Source of the DNA: a virus
Direction: 5' to 3' (one strand)
DNA: 64,000 nucleotides
IMG/VR virus record: IMGVR_UViG_3300026097_000011
Coordinates: 74,588-138,587 of that record
The position numbers and the translations under genes are program-made. Of the stretch, positions 59,648 through 64,000 are shown piece by piece; positions within the stretch are counted from its first letter, which is position 1; each line of letters starts with the position of its first letter. The notes beneath the pieces are model-generated. The model saw only the letters and a list, made by a program, of their open reading frames with translations, was not told the DNA's origin and did not search any database.

Positions 59648-60197
59648 TTATATAAGGACATAAACAATGTTTGACATTGTGATATTGGTTTTTAGGTATT
59701 TCAGTTGTTATCTTTACTGAATCTAAATTAAGCAAATCTCCATAACCGTAAATATCCTTACCTTTTGGCTCAAAATATGTGAATATTCCTTCTTTTTTTA
59801 GATATTTATCAACTACTTTTTTTCTAAAGTATATCATATTAGAACAGTCAGCATCATAAAATATACCATCATACATCTTATTACTTATTTCAGATAAAGA
59901 TTCAAACCAATCTCCTTCAATTATGTTAACATTTGGTTTATCTAATGACCATTCTTTTAGTTTTTCTAAAACCTGAGGATGTGATTCTACGATAGTATGA
60001 GTATCACACCCAAATTCTTGAATGTGTTTAGCTGATATACCCATACCAAATCCAATTTCTAGAATATGACCCTTATTCTGAGTAACCAATTTTGCGTGAT
60101 GCGACATTAATTCATCCTCCCAATCCATCATCACAAATGTATTATCGCCTAATTTGATGTTAGCATCATTAAAAATTACATGTTTATCCTTTGTCAT
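59637..60197 (-). CDS. Class I SAM-dependent methyltransferase, GAMT/RMT2-like
   Basis: VMMDWE..LM..HA, ILEIGFGMGISA, HTIVESHPQV, IEGDW, YDGIFYD. Confidence 0.8.
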   Translation of the reverse strand: MTKDKHVIFNDANIKLGDNTFVMMDWEDELMSHHAKLVTQNKGHILEIGFGMGISAKHIQEFGCDTHTIVESHPQVLEKLKEWSLDKPNVNIIEGDWFESLSEISNKMYDGIFYDADCSNMIYFRKKVVDKYLKKEGIFTYFEPKGKDIYGYGDLLNLDSVKITTEIPKNQYHNVKHCLCPYIINV

Positions 60198-60201
60198 ATA
60201 A

Positions 60202-60540
60202 TTATCTTCTACAATTTCCGATTAATGAAAGTGAAGTACCATCCCATTCCCAATATTGAGAACCATCTGAATAGAAACCATTAAGTGCTAATTCTTGTCC
60301 ACAGATAGCATATAGCGTGCCTCTCGACAAAGGGGTAGCTGTAGATTCATCCAAATAGTAGACTCCAGCACTACCTCCACATGCACTTCCTCCATCTTTA
60401 CCAAATGCTAATCGGATTTCAGTGCATGTTACAGCAACTGGGGCATTAGTTTTTCCAATCTTTTTGACCGAAGCTTTACTGACACCTGAAATTTTTGTGA
60501 TATTATCCCATGAAACTCCGCTGATTTTTGATACGCTCAT
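60202..60540 (-). CDS. Small fibre-associated protein
   Basis: N-terminal SKISGV repeats; C-terminal NGFYSDG motif. Confidence 0.55.
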   Translation of the reverse strand: MSVSKISGVSWDNITKISGVSKASVKKIGKTNAPVAVTCTEIRLAFGKDGGSACGGSAGVYYLDESTATPLSRGTLYAICGQELALNGFYSDGSQYWEWDGTSLSLIGNCRR

Positions 60541-60557
60541 ATATTATTAATTAATAT

Positions 60558-62228
60558 TTATAGTTCTATCCAAGAATTATCTGGGTTAAATCTGACTAAG
60601 ACATAGTTTGTCCTACCGACAACATAAGTATTTATATTATGGCCTATAACTTTTACAATATTCCCGGTTGTTGAAGGTTCAGTTTCAGTAATATTACCAG
60701 CTGTTGTGGAAGCATAAAGGGGAACCCCTGGCGTTGCTGTTGCTATTTGTTCATAAATTCCAGATATGTAGTTTAACACACCATCAATTAAAACATCTAA
60801 GTTTTGACCATCATTTGCAGTATTTAAAGCTATGCCTAACATTTTATCAACTTCACCTACTGATGTCGCACTTGCTGCTTGCCACCTACCACTTGTATTT
60901 TTATACACAAGTTCTCCTGGGCCTATACCATCTTCTCCAGCAGTTTCTTTTGCTAAAATATTACCACTTACAACACGAGTAGTCTCTTCAAATTGAGACA
61001 TTTTCATGATTGAAGACACACCATCATGTAAGGTATAATTACCAACAGTGCTTAAATCCAGATAATTTCCAGCATGTAATTGATTTTGAATTCTTGTTCT
61101 ATTATTTCCGTCTGTATCAATTATAATTTGTTTACCATTACCAGCTTGTATTTGGATAGAATCGTTACCAAATTCTAAATTAGTATCTGTATCACCTTTA
61201 TGTATAATTTTATCAGTAATAGTAACATCACCATTAACATCTAATTTAGTATCAGGAGATGTTGTTCCAATTCCAACATTACCATCAGAAGTTATAGAAA
61301 GTCTGCTTTGAAGGTTTGTAACTAAATTTATAGGGTCAGCACCCTTTGTTCCAAACCCAACTTCTGAGTCTATCTCCTCTTCAACACCAACAAACCAGCT
61401 ACCTTGTAGCGCACTAGATTCTCCAATGATATTTGACCATCCATCATCATTTTGACTTCCTATTAATATTTCACCATTATTAGCAAGTGATGTATTATCT
61501 GCTATTAAGATAGCACCTGAATCTACATGTAGCATTTGAGTAGGAGAATTTGTGTTGATTCCTACCATAGCATCGCTATTAAAAGCTATCAAAACGTTAC
61601 CACAAACTTCTTGTGCTGTACCTTCATTTATTATATCACCGCCATCAATATATACATCTCCAGATGTAACACTTCCAGAACTAGCTGCATCTGATTTTTC
61701 AACAGTACCACCCTTTAAAATTAAATCACCTGCTCTAACGACGTAAGACAAAGGTGTCGAGTCTAATCTATAACCTCCTGATATTTCTATATTATTACCT
61801 GTTGGTGTACCAGAACTCTTACCAATAGGGCTTATTTTGCTTGTCGCGATTCGATTAAACCAATTTCCATAAGTTGAATCTTCATGTCTTATAGTAGCAC
61901 CGAATTCAGCATAAAGACTGCCCCAATTATAAAATTCTGTATATCTAGATGCGGCTATTCTACCTGTGAAAGTATCTAAGGCTTTTAGCTCCATTGCTCC
62001 ATTTATACTGCCACCTACATTAAAACGTAAATAATTCCCGTTTGTAAAAAAGGTGTTAGACGTTACTATTATTCTGGAAGTATCTGAAGACTGAATTAAG
62101 TCGGTTTTGATCTCATCAGTTTTGACAGTTCCCGCAACCTCAAGCTCTTCTGTTGGATTATCAGTTCCAATTCCAACTTTACCCATAAAGGCATTTATTA
62201 CTTGTGCTCCAAATTTTCTAAGTCCCAT
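60558..62228 (-). CDS. Tail fibre protein
   Basis: Repeated GKVGIGTDNP..ELEVAG / GNVGIGTTSPDTKLDVNG; C-terminal LGIALN...PLYASTTAG.ITETEP domain. Confidence 0.7.
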   Translation of the reverse strand: MGLRKFGAQVINAFMGKVGIGTDNPTEELEVAGTVKTDEIKTDLIQSSDTSRIIVTSNTFFTNGNYLRFNVGGSINGAMELKALDTFTGRIAASRYTEFYNWGSLYAEFGATIRHEDSTYGNWFNRIATSKISPIGKSSGTPTGNNIEISGGYRLDSTPLSYVVRAGDLILKGGTVEKSDAASSGSVTSGDVYIDGGDIINEGTAQEVCGNVLIAFNSDAMVGINTNSPTQMLHVDSGAILIADNTSLANNGEILIGSQNDDGWSNIIGESSALQGSWFVGVEEEIDSEVGFGTKGADPINLVTNLQSRLSITSDGNVGIGTTSPDTKLDVNGDVTITDKIIHKGDTDTNLEFGNDSIQIQAGNGKQIIIDTDGNNRTRIQNQLHAGNYLDLSTVGNYTLHDGVSSIMKMSQFEETTRVVSGNILAKETAGEDGIGPGELVYKNTSGRWQAASATSVGEVDKMLGIALNTANDGQNLDVLIDGVLNYISGIYEQIATATPGVPLYASTTAGNITETEPSTTGNIVKVIGHNINTYVVGRTNYVLVRFNPDNSWIEL

Positions 62229-62749
62229 TACTCTACATTTTTATTTTCCATAATAATTTGACCACTTGTCAAATACGGCTCAATTGTGGCATAATCATCT
62301 GCTAATACAGAAGTGAAGTATGCTGTTGTGTACTTCTCTCCAATGAAAATAAACTTCTCTGTTGCTGCTACGTTTTCTGCTTGTTCACGATTAATGATAG
62401 CAGCTAAGTCGGCATGTTCTTCTTTGATTAGAACATCGTTTATAATCCAGTTCTTATCTAAGAACATACGAACTACTGTATTAGATACTATCCAGTTTTG
62501 GCTAGGTGCTTCAAGTGTGAACTCTGTTAGTAATTCAGCTTGTAACGCTTCAAGACATTTTTCTTTAATGCTAACAACGTTTTCAAATTCATCTGCAATT
62601 GTGAAGTTAGTGAACTGGTGCACTTTCGTTTCTCCTGCTGTTAGTTCAGCATTTTCAGCGTCAATAATGTTGTACGCTACTAGATTAGAGTTAACGTTAA
62701 TCTTTGTTATCTCTGCTACTTGACCTGTTGTATTGTTGTATAGTTTCAT
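62228..62749 (-). CDS. Hypothetical protein, possible fibre assembly chaperone
   Basis: Acidic 173-aa ORF between fibre genes. Confidence 0.5.
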   Translation of the reverse strand: MKLYNNTTGQVAEITKINVNSNLVAYNIIDAENAELTAGETKVHQFTNFTIADEFENVVSIKEKCLEALQAELLTEFTLEAPSQNWIVSNTVVRMFLDKNWIINDVLIKEEHADLAAIINREQAENVAATEKFIFIGEKYTTAYFTSVLADDYATIEPYLTSGQIIMENKNVE

Positions 62750-62761
62750 ATAAATTATATA

Positions 62762-64000
62762 TTAATTTTGGAACACTTCCCAAACTCTGGTATTCGTTCC
62801 GTTATCTGTTGCTGTTCCTGTGTATTGTATGTTTCTGAAAACGCATTTGTCGGCGGATGCGTTGTTAATTACATTGCTTGAACATATTACGGTGTCAAAG
62901 TTGTTGTTATCTCCATTGTTTGTCAGAATATTACATCTAGAGTTTTTAACAATTGCATTATTTCCCAATACGTCTATATTATAACGAATATTTAAGTTTT
63001 CTCCGTATCTATAAATTTCTATACTTGGAAAAATAGAACTCACAGTATTATCATTAGGATATAAAACATTTATAGCATCTGTAGCAATTATTTTACTTAC
63101 TGTTGTTATATCAACAAATTCACAATTTATTAATTTGTCAAATACCCCTAAAAAACTTGGACTCACTCCAAATTCACCTTTAAAAACACTGTTCTTAACA
63201 ATTGAATTAAACGCTATACTTATATTATCAGCTCGACCTATAATATCTGAATCTTCTACATAATCAAAGCAATTTATTTGACCATTTAAACAAGTAGCAG
63301 TATATATCTCACTATCTATATGTTTTTTACAGAACTGGCAAATATCCATAAAAGCAAAAAAAGTGTTAGTTTCGTTTTTAACTACTATACCTCTACATTC
63401 AGAATAAGTAGCCGTTATTACTTCATAACTTCCAGAACCTGATGATGAACTAAACCTAACCTCACCCTTTCGATACCCTGTGTTATCAATCACTTCGACT
63501 GAATGGCCTCCTAGTATTTGAACATCCGCAGCAAATGTTGCTATTTTTGTGTTAAGATCAATTGTTAAACAATAGTCAGTAGGTAAAGTTACATCAGCAG
63601 AAGTAGTAATATCTGTGATTAGTTTTATTTTTTCCTTGCCATCATCAACCGCTGCTTGAATAGTCGTGTATTCTGCTCCCGTTGTGCCTACTGTTGCGTA
63701 TTCAGGTTCTTTGCCTACAACTACCCATGATGTACCATTATAAGACCAAACTCCTATCTCACCATCTGTTTGGTATACGGATTCACCTACAACTGGGGAA
63801 GATATTGCATTTTTCTGTGCTTCTGTCATCCTAGGTAAAGGTGTAGAACCTCTAGTTGTGGATTGAACATCAAATTGTGATTCAGGAGAATTTGTACCAA
63901 TACCTAATCTTTCATTTGATTCGTCTAAATGTACAACAGAAGATGTTATAGGTTGACCGTTAGATATTCCTACTTTTACTTTACCTTCTTCCCAATTAGG
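62762..64000 (-). CDS. Tail fibre/spike protein with C-terminal beta-helix (5' end outside the window)
   Basis: The frame is open from 64000 (PNWEEG...LGIGTNSP...STTRGSTPLPRMTEAQKNAISSP), so ORF-track Met 63829 is internal. It continues YTTIQAAVD and then Asn/Cys-rich beta-helix repeats. Confidence 0.75.
   Translation of the reverse strand, partial: PNWEEGKVKVGISNGQPITSSVVHLDESNERLGIGTNSPESQFDVQSTTRGSTPLPRMTEAQKNAISSPVVGESVYQTDGEIGVWSYNGTSWVVVGKEPEYATVGTTGAEYTTIQAAVDDGKEKIKLITDITTSADVTLPTDYCLTIDLNTKIATFAADVQILGGHSVEVIDNTGYRKGEVRFSSSSGSGSYEVITATYSECRGIVVKNETNTFFAFMDICQFCKKHIDSEIYTATCLNGQINCFDYVEDSDIIGRADNISIAFNSIVKNSVFKGEFGVSPSFLGVFDKLINCEFVDITTVSKIIATDAINVLYPNDNTVSSIFPSIEIYRYGENLNIRYNIDVLGNNAIVKNSRCNILTNNGDNNNFDTVICSSNVINNASADKCVFRNIQYTGTATDNGTNTRVWEVFQN

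Noticed and set aside
57480-64000. Diversity-generating retroelement acting on fibre genes
   Set aside because: No reverse transcriptase. The repeats are in-frame coding units without adenine-specific mismatches.

Overview
This is an AT-rich (roughly 30% GC by eye) segment of a large T4-like (myovirus, jumbo-type) phage genome in the standard genetic code. The host is probably Bacteroidota, judging from SD-less A-rich leaders, an Hc1-like histone, NrdJ and VGIGT fibre repeats. Positions 1-33 kb are mostly minus-strand replication, recombination, nucleotide-metabolism and accessory genes: UvsX, the N-terminal half of a split PolB, GroES, RNase H, gp32 SSB, NrdJ, dUTPase, a ribosomal S1-like protein, GroEL, exonucleases, a phosphoesterase and a TagD-like cytidylyltransferase. 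A tail sheath gene sits on the plus strand within this block. Positions 33-57 kb are mostly plus-strand: a RuvC-like resolvase, the gp55 late sigma factor, very large virion/baseplate proteins and gp14/gp15/gp3-like neck and tail genes. Positions 57-64 kb are a minus-strand tail-fibre cluster. The standout is a fractured UDP-glucose-dehydrogenase gene (24537-26701). A naturally split intein sits at the catalytic Cys, its two halves are on separate ORFs in different frames, and a free-standing PD-(D/E)XK endonuclease gene lies between them. Two promoter classes (late ATAAATAA, and RAAAC-N15/16-AGTATAAT) and a family of proteins with T4-like capsid-targeting leaders are also visible. All family assignments come from motif recognition, not database searches.
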